The position numbers were made by a program, and so were the translations under genes. Positions 39,984 to 52,050 of a stretch of 64,000 bases of DNA are shown one piece after another. This DNA is from Chiloscyllium plagiosum (lineage: Eukaryota). The notes below the pieces were generated by a model. The model saw only the letters and a list, made by a program, of their open reading frames with translations, searched no databases and had not been told where the DNA came from. Location of the stretch: positions 16,449,418 through 16,513,417 of the forward strand of contig NC_057718.1 in NCBI RefSeq assembly GCF_004010195.1. The letters run 5' to 3'. Numbering within the stretch: position 1 is the first letter of the stretch; each line of letters begins with the position of its first letter.

Positions 39984-40385
39984 CTATTTGTACTGTCTAA
40001 AATAGAACTTCCTGTATCTGCTACCAGTAGTGTATTACAGATGAGCATGAAAAAGATGTAAAGTATTTATTTTAAAATCTTAAATTGGTCATTACTTTTG
40101 CCTCTGTGTAGCCTAGGATTTGTGAAAGTTCTTGACCTTGCTAGTTCTATCATTAAATGCATAAAGATCTAGTCATATGGTTAAGAATTGTAAGCAGAAG
40201 GGACTAAGACTTAGTGAACTGTATTACTGTTGGTAAAATTTAACTGTTTATTTCCTTAAGTATAAGACCCACAAGGATGTGAAAAACTGCAACAAAATGT
40301 TTTGTACACTGTACATCCTTAGTATTTTTACACATAAATGTATATGATAGGGATGCACATTATTTTCCTTCTTACAGACTGCTTA

Positions 40386-40391
40386 AATAAA
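40386..40391 (+). promoter_or_regulatory. Proximal polyadenylation signal candidate
   Basis: AATAAA followed ~20 nt later by the GT-rich element ttgggttgtgtagt, with TGTA motifs upstream. Confidence 0.5.
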
Positions 40392-41499
40392 GCACTACGT
40401 CAATCCGCTATTGGGTTGTGTAGTCTTACTACTTATTAATTTTGATTGTTTACCATATGTCATGTCTGTATAGCAGTAGCATGTATAATTTGTTGGGGAT
40501 ATCTCTTCAAAATACTGGATTGAACACTGATATATAAAATACAGTAAAATATTTCTAGGGCTACTAATTTTCAAACCTTTCAACCAAAATTTTATTCTGT
40601 GATTCCAAATTCAACATTCAAAAATTTCTTAGGTTTTTTGAAGTGATTATTTTAAATACTAGAAATATGATTTGTTTTTTCTCTGTTTTAGCAAAAGAAA
40701 GAGGATACTGTTCACTCTATTCATGAATATTGTAGTTTTAGAGTTTTTAGAATCTCTAAATGAAACATTCATCTATTCTAATTATCTGGGTTGATGCAAC
40801 TGTAAATCAGATAATAAATCATGAACTTTTTCAGGGTACTAAAATGTTGATCAATGAAAGTCCTTGCAGTATTTTCAAATAGCTGGATGAAGTTGGAATA
40901 ATGGATACTCATTTTTTCCAAACTGTACATAAAAACAGCTGATGCTTTTCAGTAAATGTTCAAGTACTTGATATTTTCTTAGCAGTGCCAATCTGTGGAT
41001 TTTATCACTACATATAGAAAACCTGCTACCTGTTTTTTTGGGTTTTGAAAATTTGAATTGTTCTGAGATCAACATTATTTATTACTTTTATGAAGTCATT
41101 ATAGATTGCCAAGATTGATTGGTCTCTAATGTATGTTTGTTTGAAGTTTTATTACTTTCATTGTGTAATATTTTGCAGAATTTCCCCCAATGTTTTCCTG
41201 AAAAAATTGACCCTTGTCTTTCTTTTGATGTCAACAGACTGTGTTTTTAAATCACATATAAACTCATGATGAGTTTTAGGATGCTTGAAACCTTAAGTTC
41301 ATCCAAATCTATGATTAGAACTGGGAATACCCTGGTTTTGTTCTTGTTTCCTCCCTTGTCCAGACTAAAACTGATTATAGCATTCCTTGCTATTCAGGCT
41401 GAAGACAGGAACGCAATTCAAACTAATAATTGTTATATCTTTTTCACTTGTTCTTCCTTCCACCACTGACAAAACATAAAAGGCACAATTTCAGCCCCC

Positions 41500-41635
41500 T
41501 TTGAGTTCTGAAGAAGTCATATTTTATTCAAAACATTAACTCTGTATCTGTTCACAGATGCTGCCAGACGTGAATTTGTCCAGTGCTTTTCTGTTCATAT
41601 TTCAGATTTCCAACATCTGCAGTATTCTGTTTTAC
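41500..41635 (+). mobile_element. Old PLE-derived tail inside the AKT3 3' UTR
   Basis: gagtt CTGAAGA..aaaa catt aactc tg..cacagatgctgccagac..ttcagatttccaacatctgcagta is homologous to the 8390-8486 family. Confidence 0.6.
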
Positions 41636-42640
41636 TAAATTAGTAATTGTACCTGATGCCTTTTGTTCTGTAGGACTGGTAGTCAAATGTATTAAGTCAT
41701 CTTTCCTGGTACACGATATTTTGTTAAATGGAGGTTCTGCATTATTGAGTGTACAATGGTGTTTCAATCATGAATTGTGCTTTAAAACTTAAAAATCCTC
41801 CTTTTGTTTTCATTTCCACACACCAATTTGTGAGAAAAGGGAAAAATCCATTTTGGAAACTGTCCTTTTAAGAAATTTCTGGCAATATTATCATTGAGGA
41901 TGTTCTCTTCTGGTCCATCCCACACTTCCACACTTCTGTATCTACACAAGGCTGTTTACAACTGCACCCATGTTTTCTTTTTCTCCAGTTATTGATGGCC
42001 ATCATAATCTTGTGCCCATATCCAACAGATGGTTATTTAATCAGGACTTTCTCATCATGTTATTTTGCTGCATTTGTAACCTTTTCATAGCTTTTTACTT
42101 CAAACATTTGATTCCAGTTTGTTGTTATTGGCACAAATCTACTGTTGCCATTATGTGTTGTACTTCAGTACTGGCCTACCAAGGGTTACCTGAACTTGAT
42201 TCTGAAAATGGCAGATCCAGTTTCAAAATTTATGGAAGGTCAGGGATACTTTCTAAGATGCCTCAGTATACCTCTTTATACCATTTCTAAGTACTGCATT
42301 ACTTCCACTAGTATAAACCACTATGCAAATTTGGCAAAACCTAGGCTCAACAGATCATCTTTAATATAGATTATCCAAACTACAGTCCTCCAGGTGCAGA
42401 GACCTGGGGATTGGATCATGGTGGGCACAACTTCAGGTTCATGTATTAATCAAGGATAAAAAGGGACTATTCCTTTTGGATTTGATTGCTTTATTCTTTG
42501 TCCTCCATGTGCCTTCAGTAGGGTTTTATCTATCTTGATAATTTTATCAATAACCTAACTGTTAAAATCTCAAATCTATAAAAGCTTTCTATGTTATTGT
42601 TATAAAACTTATTACTGTAAATGTCTGTGTCCATGTTTAT

Positions 42641-42646
42641 AATAAA
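42641..42646 (+). promoter_or_regulatory. Distal polyadenylation signal candidate
   Basis: AATAAA with TGTA upstream, located at the end of the repeat-poor block; repeats resume at ~42740. Confidence 0.55.
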
Positions 42647-43544
42647 AATTGACTCTGTAATCTCATGCTTCAACCAGCTAGCTGCCTATTAATGGTGGCA
42701 CTGAAGCTAGTCAGCTTTGTTCTGAGAATGTGAAGCTCCAATTAATGTGCACCTCTGCTTCTTGAAGCGCTGTAACTTCTTCCAAATTAGAAGACTGATT
42801 GCACTTAAGTAGCACATTGGTTATAAAACATTTTGAGATGAGTTAAAGTTTTGAAAGGTGATTTATAAATGCAAGTTTGATCTTTTTGTTAACCAGATAA
42901 TATCAAAACATTTTCCAAAAAGAGATAAAATGTGCAACATTAAAATTGGCACAATATGATATCTCAAACCTCACTGCTTCATATGGACTACATATTACTT
43001 GGGCACGTGTGCAGGGCTGCAAAGGATTGACTAAGCTTTCACTACGTTCCTATGTCCACATTTGTAATGGATGTGCCTGTGTAAGTTTATTTCTTGTCCA
43101 TGGTGGTGTATTTGTCTTAGCTTTTATTTTTAGTTTAACTTCAATATTTTGAAAGATAAAGGCAGGGCTTGTGGCTTGTATTGAGAATAAAATTACATGT
43201 ATGAGCCCCAGGCCCAGAAGACTAACCCTTAATTTAACTCTTAACTGCAGTGTAATAGGAAATTGATTTGTATACTTTTTAAAAACAAAAAGAAATACTC
43301 AGCTATTAACTCGAGATAACCATATAATTTCTCTCCAACTTGAAAACAATGGTTCTCTCAAGCTATCAACCATCATGCATTGCCTCATATACCGAGTTTT
43401 TAAATCTTAAACACAGATGATATTTTCAAAACAAAGAAATGATTATTCCTCATTTATTCAAGGTCAGTACTGATCTTCAATAAACCCCAAAAGATGTATT
43501 AATTTCCATTATTTTCTTAATCCTCACTGACTGTTCTTTATTTC

Positions 43545-45587
43545 AGGGATGGACAGGACTGGCAGCTTAATGTTCCAGGATACAAATGCTATAGGGCGGC
43601 TAGAAAGGGGGGCAAGAGAGGAGGGGAGGGTGGCATTTTTGATAAGAGGTAACATTACACCTGTACTTAGGATATTTCTGGGAATACATCCAGGGAAGTT
43701 ATTTGGTTAGAACAGAGAAATAACAAAAGAATGATCACTTTGTTGGGATTCTACTATAGAACCCCAGTAGTCAGAGGAAAATTGGGAAACAAATTTGTGA
43801 GGAGATTTCAGTTATCTGTAAGAATAGTAGGCTGGTCATGTCAGGGATTTTAACTTGCCAAACATAGATTGGGACTGCCAGATGGAGAGGAATTTGTTAA
43901 GCGTGTACAAGAAAATTTTGTTATTCAGTCTGTGGATGTACATACTAGAGAAGGTGCAAAACTTGACCTATTCTTGGGAAATAAGGCAGGGCAAGTGACT
44001 GTGGTGACAATGAGGGAGCACTTTGGGGCCAGGGACCATAATTCGATTTGTTTTAAAATTTGATGTAAAAGGATAGACCGGATCTGAAAGTTAAAGCTCT
44101 AAATTGGAAGAAGGCTAATTTTGATGGTATTAGGCAAGAACTTTCAAAAGTTGATTGGGGGCGGATGCAGATAAAAGGACGGCTAGAAAATGGGAAGCCT
44201 TCAAAAATGAATTAACAAGAGTCCAGATTCCTGTTAAGGTGAAAGGCAAGGCTGGTAGGTGTAGGGAATGCTGGATAACTACAAAAATTGAGGTTTTGGT
44301 CAAGAAAAAGAAGGAAGCATATGTCAGGTATAGACTGCAGAGATCGAGTGAATCCTTAGAAGAGTATAAAGGCAGTAGGAATATGCTGAAGAGGGAAGTA
44401 AGGAGGGCAAAAAGGAGACATGAGATAGCTTTGGCGAATAGGGTTAAGGAGAATCCAAACAAAGGTTCCTCACGGTAGACTGGTTAGTAACGTTTGATCA
44501 CATGGAATACAGGGAGAACTAACTAATTGGGTGCAGAACTGGCTCAAAGGTAGAAGAAAGGGTGGTGGTGGAGGGTTGTTTTTCAGACTGGAGGCCTGTG
44601 ACCAGTGGTGTGCCACAAGGATCAGTGCTGAGTCCACTGCTTTTCATCATTTATATAAATGATTTGGATGTGTAAATGGGATGTATAGTTAGTAAGTTTG
44701 CAGGTGACACCAAACTTGGAGGTGTTGTGGACAATGAAGAAGGTTACCTCAGAGTATTATAGAATTTTGATCCTATGGGCTGAGGGGTGGCAGATGGTGT
44801 TTAATTTAGGTAAATGTGAGGTGCTGCAGTTTGGAAAGGCAAATTAGGGCAGGATTATGCACTTAATGGTAAGGTCTGAGGGAGTGTCAGAACAAAGACA
44901 CCTTGGAGTCCAGGTTCATAATTCCTTGAAAGTGGAGTCGCAGGTAGATAAGATTGGGAGGAAGGTTATTGGTATGCTTTCCTTTATTGGTCAGGGCATC
45001 GAGTATAGGAGTTGGGAGGTCATGTTGCAGCTGTACAGGGCATTGGTTAGGCCACTGTTGGAATATTGCATGCAATTCTGACCTTCCTATCGGAAGGATG
45101 TTGTGAAACTTGAAAGGGTTTCAGAAAATATTTACAAGGATGTTGCCAGGGTTGGACAATTTAAGCTATAGGGAGAGGCTGAACAGGCTGGGACTGTTTT
45201 TCCTGGAGCGTCAAGAGCCTGAGGGGTGACCTTATAGAGTTTTATGAAATCATCAGGGACATGGATAGGTTGAAGGTCTTTTCCCTGGGGTGGGGGAATC
45301 CAGAACGAGAGGGCATAGGTTTAGGGTGAGAGGGGAAAGATTTAAAAGGGACCTAACTTGCAACATTTTCACACAGAGAGTGGCGTGTGTAGAATGAGCT
45401 GCCAGAAGGAAGTGGTAGAGATTTACAACATTTAAAAGGCATTTGGAGGGTATGTTAATAGGAAGGGTTTAGAGGGATACGGGCCAAATGCTGACAAATG
45501 GGACTGGATTAATTTAGGATATCTGGTCAGCGTGGACAAGTTGGACTGAAGGGTCTGTTTCTGTGCTGTACATCTCTATTACTCTAA
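43545..45587 (+). mobile_element. CR1 ORF2 remnant (APE endonuclease + RT + 3' tail) with internal deletion
   Basis: [77 protein letters not shown]. Multiple frameshifts. Confidence 0.9.
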
Positions 45588-46054
45588 ATGTCTTCACCCA
45601 GTAACTCAAGATTGTTTTCGTGCATGTGTTCACTGCAAACTAGTCAGTAAATTTCTTTTTACTACCTTTTATATAAATATCTTGACCCATTTCTGGGCAT
45701 ACAGACACAAAATACTAATTGTTACTTAAGATAGACTAAGTATTTCTGTATTTATTATTTCTGTTGGTTTCATAATGTTTTTGGTAGATGTTTATTCCAA
45801 TAATTTTCAATTCCAATGCAAAATTCAAGAGTTAATAGATGCACCAGACTGTTTTTACTGATTTTCAGCTTCTTATCTCCATTACTTTTGGATGCAGGGA
45901 GTGGAAGGAGGATGGATTGTGAATTTTACTGCTTCCTTGAAAGTTTTGAAATGTTTACGTGACTTCTTTCAGGTCAAATAACATGCTTACATTTATATTT
46001 TGCCAGTTGAGGTCAACACATTAGTTTGAATTTATTTAGGTCTTTAAAAGAATT

Positions 46055-46590
46055 AGGGTGAGGAGATGCTGGAGATCAGAGTCGAGTGTGGTGCTGGAAA
46101 AGCACAGCTGGTCAGGCAGCATCCGAGAAGCAGGTGAGTCGACGTTTCGGGCATAAGCCCTCCATCTTCATTCCCAACTATCCACTCTACCTTTCCCTCC
46201 AGTGGAGGACAGGTCAAGATGGCAATGCTGAGTTGGAGGGTTGATCTGGGATAAGGTGGGAGGAGGGGAAATGAGGAAACTGCTGAAATTCACATTGATC
46301 CCATGTGGTTGGAGGGTCCTAAGGCGGAAGTTGAGGCATTCTTCATCCAGGCGGCTGGTGGTAAAGGTTTGCCACCTTCCTGTCCGACCTATCACCTTCA
46401 CCCCCATCTTCATTTACCCATCGCATTCTCAGCTACCTTCCACCCAGCCCTACCCCCCCTCCATTTATCTCTCAGCCCCTTTGGCCAACAAGCCTCATTC
46501 CTGATGAAGAGCTTTTGCCCAAAACCTCGATTCTCCTGCTCCTCGGATGCTGTCTGACCGGCTGTGCTTTTCCAGCACCACACTCTCGAC
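46055..46590. mobile_element. Penelope-like element with inverted pLTR arms and GIY-YIG C-terminus; 14-bp TSD
   Basis: TSD tctttaaaagaatt at 46041-46054 and 46591-46604. The minus strand reads RLDEECLNFRLRTLQPHGINVNFSSF (cf. PLE end RLEEQHLIFRLGTLQPxGLN). Decayed hammerhead core at 46501-46528. Confidence 0.8.
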
Positions 46591-47468
46591 TCTTTAAAAG
46601 AATTGTTTGGTAATACAGAAATTAAACATTGCTACAAGGAGATAAGGTGTCAAAGCATTTCAGCTTGCACTCATCAGACTAGGATGCAAGAAACATATTT
46701 GAGAAGAGGCTGCTGATTAATTGGGCCATCATTAGACACAGAAAAACAGTTAACTGTCAGTCTTCGTTGTCAGATAAGGCAGGTTATGAGTCATAGATTC
46801 ATACAGCGCAGAAAAGGCCCTTCAGTCCATCAAGTGCACTGATATAACTAGAAGTGTGCTAATCCCAATTTCCTCCACTTGTCCCGTATTCTTGAATGTT
46901 ACGATATTTAAAAATTTTTTTAAGGTTGGAAGGTTTCCAGCCTCCGCTACCTTGCCAGACATTGCAATCCAGATTCTGACCACCTGCTGAAACTCCTCTA
47001 AATCTCCTGTCCCTTATTCAAAAACTATGCCCTCTCGTGAGTGACCCCTCAACCAAGACTCACCCTGTCCATACCCCTCATAATCTTATACACCTCAAGC
47101 ATGCCCCCCCAGTCTTCTTTGCAATAAAGAAAACCATCCAAGCCTACTAATCTCTTCTTGTAGCTCAATTTCTCCATCCCAAACAATATCCTGGTGAACT
47201 TCCTCTGTACCTCCTCTGGTGCTATCACATCCTCCTTGTAGTGAGATGACCAGAATTGCACACACTACTCCAGCTGTGGCCTGACCAACCCTCTGTAACT
47301 CCAACATTACCTCCTTCCTCTTATACTCTATGCCAAGACTGATGAAAGCAAGTGTCCATATGCCTTCCTAACTATCCTATTCACATGCTCTGCCAACTCC
47401 AGGGATGTGTGAATAGTTCTAAGCTACCTCTAAGCTACCCAGTGTCCTGCCATTCATTAAATACTCCC

Positions 47469-48390
47469 TGTTACGACATGCGGTAAACCCTCCTGCTTAA
47501 TTTAAACTAACAACACAGAAAAGCTTTATCTGAAACACAGAAAAGTAATCTGAAAATTCAAGAGGCCAAAAACTATTTATAAAAAATTAACAACTTTATT
47601 TCTTAAAGTATAACAGAGAATAATTAACAACTAGTTACAACTCCTTCCTCTAACCTATCTTTTACTTTCCCCTCTACAATACTGGTCTGATAAAAATCCC
47701 GATTAAGATTTACAAAACAAAACTTCTTATCTCAAAACCAGGCAGCTTTCGGTTCTTTGAGGGGAAAGTGAGGACTGCAGATGCTGGAGATCAGAGCTGA
47801 AAACGTGTTGCTGGAAAAGCGCAGCAGGTCAGGCAGCATCCAAGAAGCAGGAGAATCAACTTTTTGGGCATGAGCCCTTCTTCAGGAGGGCTCATGCCCG
47901 AAACGTCGATTCTCCTGCTCCTTGGATGCTGCCTGACCTGCTGCGCTTTTCCAGCAACACATTTTTAGCTTTCGGTTCTTCTCTGTATTCCTGTCTTCTT
48001 CATTTTGGGGATTCTGCTTCACAGGTTACTGTTCAATAAAGGTATTTTTAAGAGAGCTATTTTTCAGGCAGTCTTTACATGCTGGTGGCTTGGCAGTTCT
48101 CCCAACTGTTAAATTTTCCCTGGTCTTATATCTCCAAAGCATCGGATTGTGTCATTGGCTTTTAAGATTGTTAATATACTAATTTCAAATTTGATTGGAA
48201 TTTGGTCTTTTTCCAGGTATAATTTAAATTGGCCTAATTCAAATCTGTTTTGTTGTTTCCAGGCAACACAGCTAATCTAGCTTTTGACCAAGTGTTACAT
48301 GTTACCTTATTGAGAACATTTGGTGCTGTCAGGTAGTTCTGCTAGCTTCTAACTCTCTTTAAGCCACAGTACAACCACATCTTCATAACG
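47469..48390 (-). mobile_element. Probable solo LTR (Gypsy/ERV-type), ~700 bp excluding the nested PLE
   Basis: Ends tgttacga...tcataacg (inverted termini), with near-TSD ctccc/cttcc. A minus-strand TATAA at ~48130 and AATAAA at ~47600 suggest the orientation. Confidence 0.6.
47758..47966. mobile_element. Palindromic PLE fragment nested in the LTR; 14-bp TSD
   Basis: TSD agctttcggttctt at 47744-47757 and 47967-47980. Near-perfect inverted arms of ~85 bp. Confidence 0.85.
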
Positions 48391-49682
48391 CTTCCTCATC
48401 TTGTTTCTTCTTCCAAATTGCAACAGCTTCTACTTATCAGGATTAAATATCATCTGCCACAAGTCTGTCCATCTAACCAATCCATCCATATCTTCCTATA
48501 ACCTATAACCATTTCCTTTGCTATTAACACCACGCTACCAATCTTGGTGTTCTCTGCAAATTTGTTTAACAATCCCACACATTTTCATCTATATCATTTA
48601 TGTATGTAACAAACAATAAGGGTCCCAGTACTGATCCTTGTGGTACACTGCTGGACATTGGCCTCCAGTCACTCGAACAGCCTTCTACCACACCCTGTGT
48701 GTCCTATTACTCAGCCATCTTACCAAGTTTCCCTCAATTCCATGTGCTTTAACCTTTTCAGTCAGTCTCCTATGTGGGAACTTGGCAAAAGCTTTGCTAA
48801 AATCCATGTAAACTACCTCAACTGAACTTCACTCATCCTTTCTAAGAAATTTGTTAGGCATGATCTCCCTCTGACAGAGCCATGCTGATTATCCCTAATT
48901 ATCCCATGCCTTTCTAAGTGGTTATCAATTTGGTCCTTCAGAATTTTCTCCAATAGTTTCCCTACCACTGACATGAGACTCTCACCTTTCTTAATTTCCT
49001 GGTTCAACTCTACCACCCCTCGTAAAAAATGGAACCACATTAGCCGTCCTCCAATCCTCTTGTGTCAGAGCCCCTGCAATTTCCTGCCTCGCCTCTCACC
49101 GTAGCCTAGGATGCAATTCATTCAGGCCAGAGAATTTGTCTGTTTTAAAGCCTGGAAAAGCCTCTAATATGACCCATTTTTTAAAAGTCAAATTGCTGTA
49201 CAGATTTCTCACAGTCCCTTTTCTAAATTCCATACCCATGTTCTCCTTTTCCAGAGTGAAGACCAAAGGGAAGCATTCATTCAACACCCTTCAAATATCC
49301 TGTGGCTTCAGACACAGATTGCCCCCTTGAACCCTAATGGGCCCTACTCTTTCTCTGGTGAACCTCCATTCAATGTATTTATAAAATATCTTAAGATTCT
49401 CCTTAATCCTGTTCGCAAGTCCTTTTTCATGCCCCTTTTTGCTCTTCTAATTGCTTTCTTAATTTCCTTCCTGCACTTTCTGTATTCCTCTAGGGCTGCA
49501 GCTGAATTGCTGTCTTTGCATTTCCAATAAATACTCTTCTCTATCCAGTTCTGAATTGTCCTAGACATCTAGGATTCTCTGAATCTATTGTTCCTACATT
49601 TGGCCTATATTGGTCACGGTACTGCCATGGGAATACAGCAGAGATTGTAGTCACTAGGTCTCCTTTTTCCCAATGGGAAAGG

Positions 49683-51288
49683 TCACAGAGTCAGAGATGT
49701 ACAGCATGGAAACAGACCCTTCGGTCCAACCCGTCCATGCCGACCAGCTAGCCCAACCCAATCTAGTCCCACCTGCCAGCACCCGGCCCATATCCATCCA
49801 AACCCTTCCTATTCATATACCCCTCCAAATGCCTCTTAAATGTTGCAATTGTACCAGCCTCCACCACGTCTTCTGGTAGCTCATTCCATACCCGTACCAC
49901 CCTCTGTGTGAAAAGACTGCCGCTTTAAGTCTCTTTTATATCTTTCCCCTCTTAACCTAAACCTATGCCCTCTAGTTCTGGACTCTCCAACCCCAGGGAA
50001 AAGACTTTGCCTATTTACCCTATCCATGCCCCTCATAATTTTGTAAACCTCTATAAGGTCACCCCTCAGCCTCTGACGCTCCAGGGAAAACAGCCCCAGC
50101 CTGTTCAGCCTCTCCCTATAGCTCAAATCCTCCAACCTTGGCAATATCCTTGTAAATCTTTTCTGAACTCTTTCAAGTTTCACAACATCTTTCCGCTAGG
50201 AAGGAGACCAGAATTGCACGCAATATTCCAACAGTGGCCTAACCAGTGTCCTGTACAGCTGCAACATGACCTCCCAACTCCTGTACTCAATACTCTGACC
50301 AATAAAGGAAAGCATACCAAACACCTTNNNNNNNNNNNNNNNNNNNNNNNNNNNNNNNNNNNNNNNNNNNNNNNNNNNNATCATTTATGTAAGTGACAAA
50401 AAGTAGAGGACCCAGCACCGATCCTTGTGGCACTCCACTGGTCACAGTCTGAAAAACAACCCTCCACCACCTCCCTCTGTCTTCTACCTTTGAGCCAGTT
50501 CTGTATCCAAATGGCTAGTTCTCCCTGTATTCCATGAGATCTAACCTTGCTAATCGGTCTCCCATGGGGAACCTTGTCGAACGCCTTACTGAAATTCATA
50601 TAGATCACATCTACCGGTCTGTCTTCATCAATCCTCTTTGTTACTTCTTCAAAAAACTCAATCAAGTTTGTGAGATATGATTTCCCACACACAAAGCCAT
50701 GTTGACTATCCCTTAATCAGTCCATGCCTTTCCAAATACATGTACATCCTGTCCCTCAGGATTCCCTCCAACAACTTGCCCACCACCGAGGTCAGGCTCA
50801 CCGGTGTATAGTTCCCTGGCTTGTCCTCACCACCCTTCTTAAACAGTTTGCTAACCTCCAGTCTTCTGGCACCTCACCTGTGACTATCAATGATACAAAT
50901 ATCTCAGCAAGAGGCCCAGCAATTACTTCTCTAGCTTCCCACAGAGTTCTCGGGTACACCTGATCAGGTCCTGGGGATTTATCCACCTTTACCCGTTTCA
51001 AGACATCCAGCACTTCCTCCGCTGTAATCTGGATATTTTGCAAGATGTCACCACCTATTTCACTACAGTCTATATCTTCCATATCCTTTTCCACAGTTAA
51101 TACTGATGCAAAATACTCATTTAGTATCTCCCCCATTTTCTGCGGCTCCACACAAAGGCCTTGCTGATTTTGGAGGGGCCCTATTCTCTGCCTACTTACC
51201 CTTTTGTGCTTAATGTACTTGTAAAAATCCTTTGGATTCTCCTTAATTCTATTCGCCAAAGCTATCTCATGTCCTCTTTTTGCCCTCC
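49683..51288 (-). mobile_element. Younger HER1-type CR1, RT and 3' end (contains gap 50328-50379)
   Basis: RIKENPKDFYKYIK..DKSPGPDQVYPRTLWE; LTNLIEFFEEVT..YMNFSKAFDKVPH; LERVQKRFTRILP. Confidence 0.9.
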
Positions 51289-51509
51289 AAAGGTGCAGAG
51301 TTTGTAAGGATTCCTTTGTTTACATAAAACAGGATCCTGTGCATTAATAAGTAAAGCTCCTGGTATGCACAAATGCATCACATTGTGATGGTCTTAAATT
51401 GGTACCCAGTGTATCTCTTCGTACACTTTGGATTATTTAATAAATAATTTCCAAAAGCAGATCTGAGTGTAGTGATCAAACAATTAGTTAAAGAGTTTAG
51501 TTTTAGCTG

Positions 51510-52050
51510 TTTTAACAAGGATGGAAAGGTGGAGAGAGAGAAATTTGAGTAGGTAATTCCAACGTTGAAGGCTTAAGTAACTGAAGACACAAACACTACT
51601 GCTGGGACAAAAACAGTAAGGAATGTATGACAGGCCAAGGATAGAGAAGTGCAGAGTTCTCCTGGGGTAAGAGAGGAGAAGCTTGGAGGCATTTGAAAAC
51701 AAGATGAGAATTATAAAATTGAGCCAGAGGAAGAGCCAACTACATCAGTAACATAAAATTAGTGGATGAATAGAACTTAATGAAGAGTTCAGATAAGGTC
51801 AGAAGAGTTTTGGGTGTGAGTAAATGTATGGAGGGTGGAAGGAAGGAGAGTAGTTGGGAAGTAGTCAGATACTTGTGGTATTAAAGTATGAATGCAATTT
51901 CAGTAGCAGGTGGACTGTGGGAGATTAGGCGGAAGCGGGAGTGGGCAATTGTGATGGAGCAGATATGGCATCAAATAGGACAGGACCTGAACTGTTTTGA
52001 TGCTACTGAGCATCACATAGGTAAGAAATGGGAATGCTTGGTCTGAAAAT
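51510..52050 (-). mobile_element. Possible old L2 3' fragment
   Basis: Purine-rich + strand with gtaattccaacgttgaaggcttaagtaactgaag and gcatttgaaaacaagatgagaattataaaattgag, typical of a reverse L2 end. Heavily decayed. Confidence 0.4.

Larger units (their letters stand above)
38561..42665 (+). other. AKT3: Candidate AKT3 3' UTR (~4 kb)
   Basis: AT-rich and almost repeat-free stretch after the stop, in contrast to the repeat-dense flanks. AATAAA at 40386 and 42641. The end point is inferred. Confidence 0.65.
46788..49620 (-). mobile_element. CR1 ORF2 remnant interrupted by a solo LTR
   Basis: QFWSSHYKEDVIAPEEVQRKFTRIL (47049-47261); SLMSVVGKLLEKILKDQIDNHLERHGIIRDNQHGSVRGRSCLTN (48813-49040). 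The CR1 sequence is continuous across 47469-48390. Confidence 0.85.

Noticed and set aside
47790..47970. Long hairpin as a pre-miRNA or DNA-transposon MITE
   Set aside because: The arms are PLE pLTR sequence with unequal truncation and ~14-bp TSDs, and sibling copies carry PLE ORF fragments. Better explained as an inverted retro-insertion.
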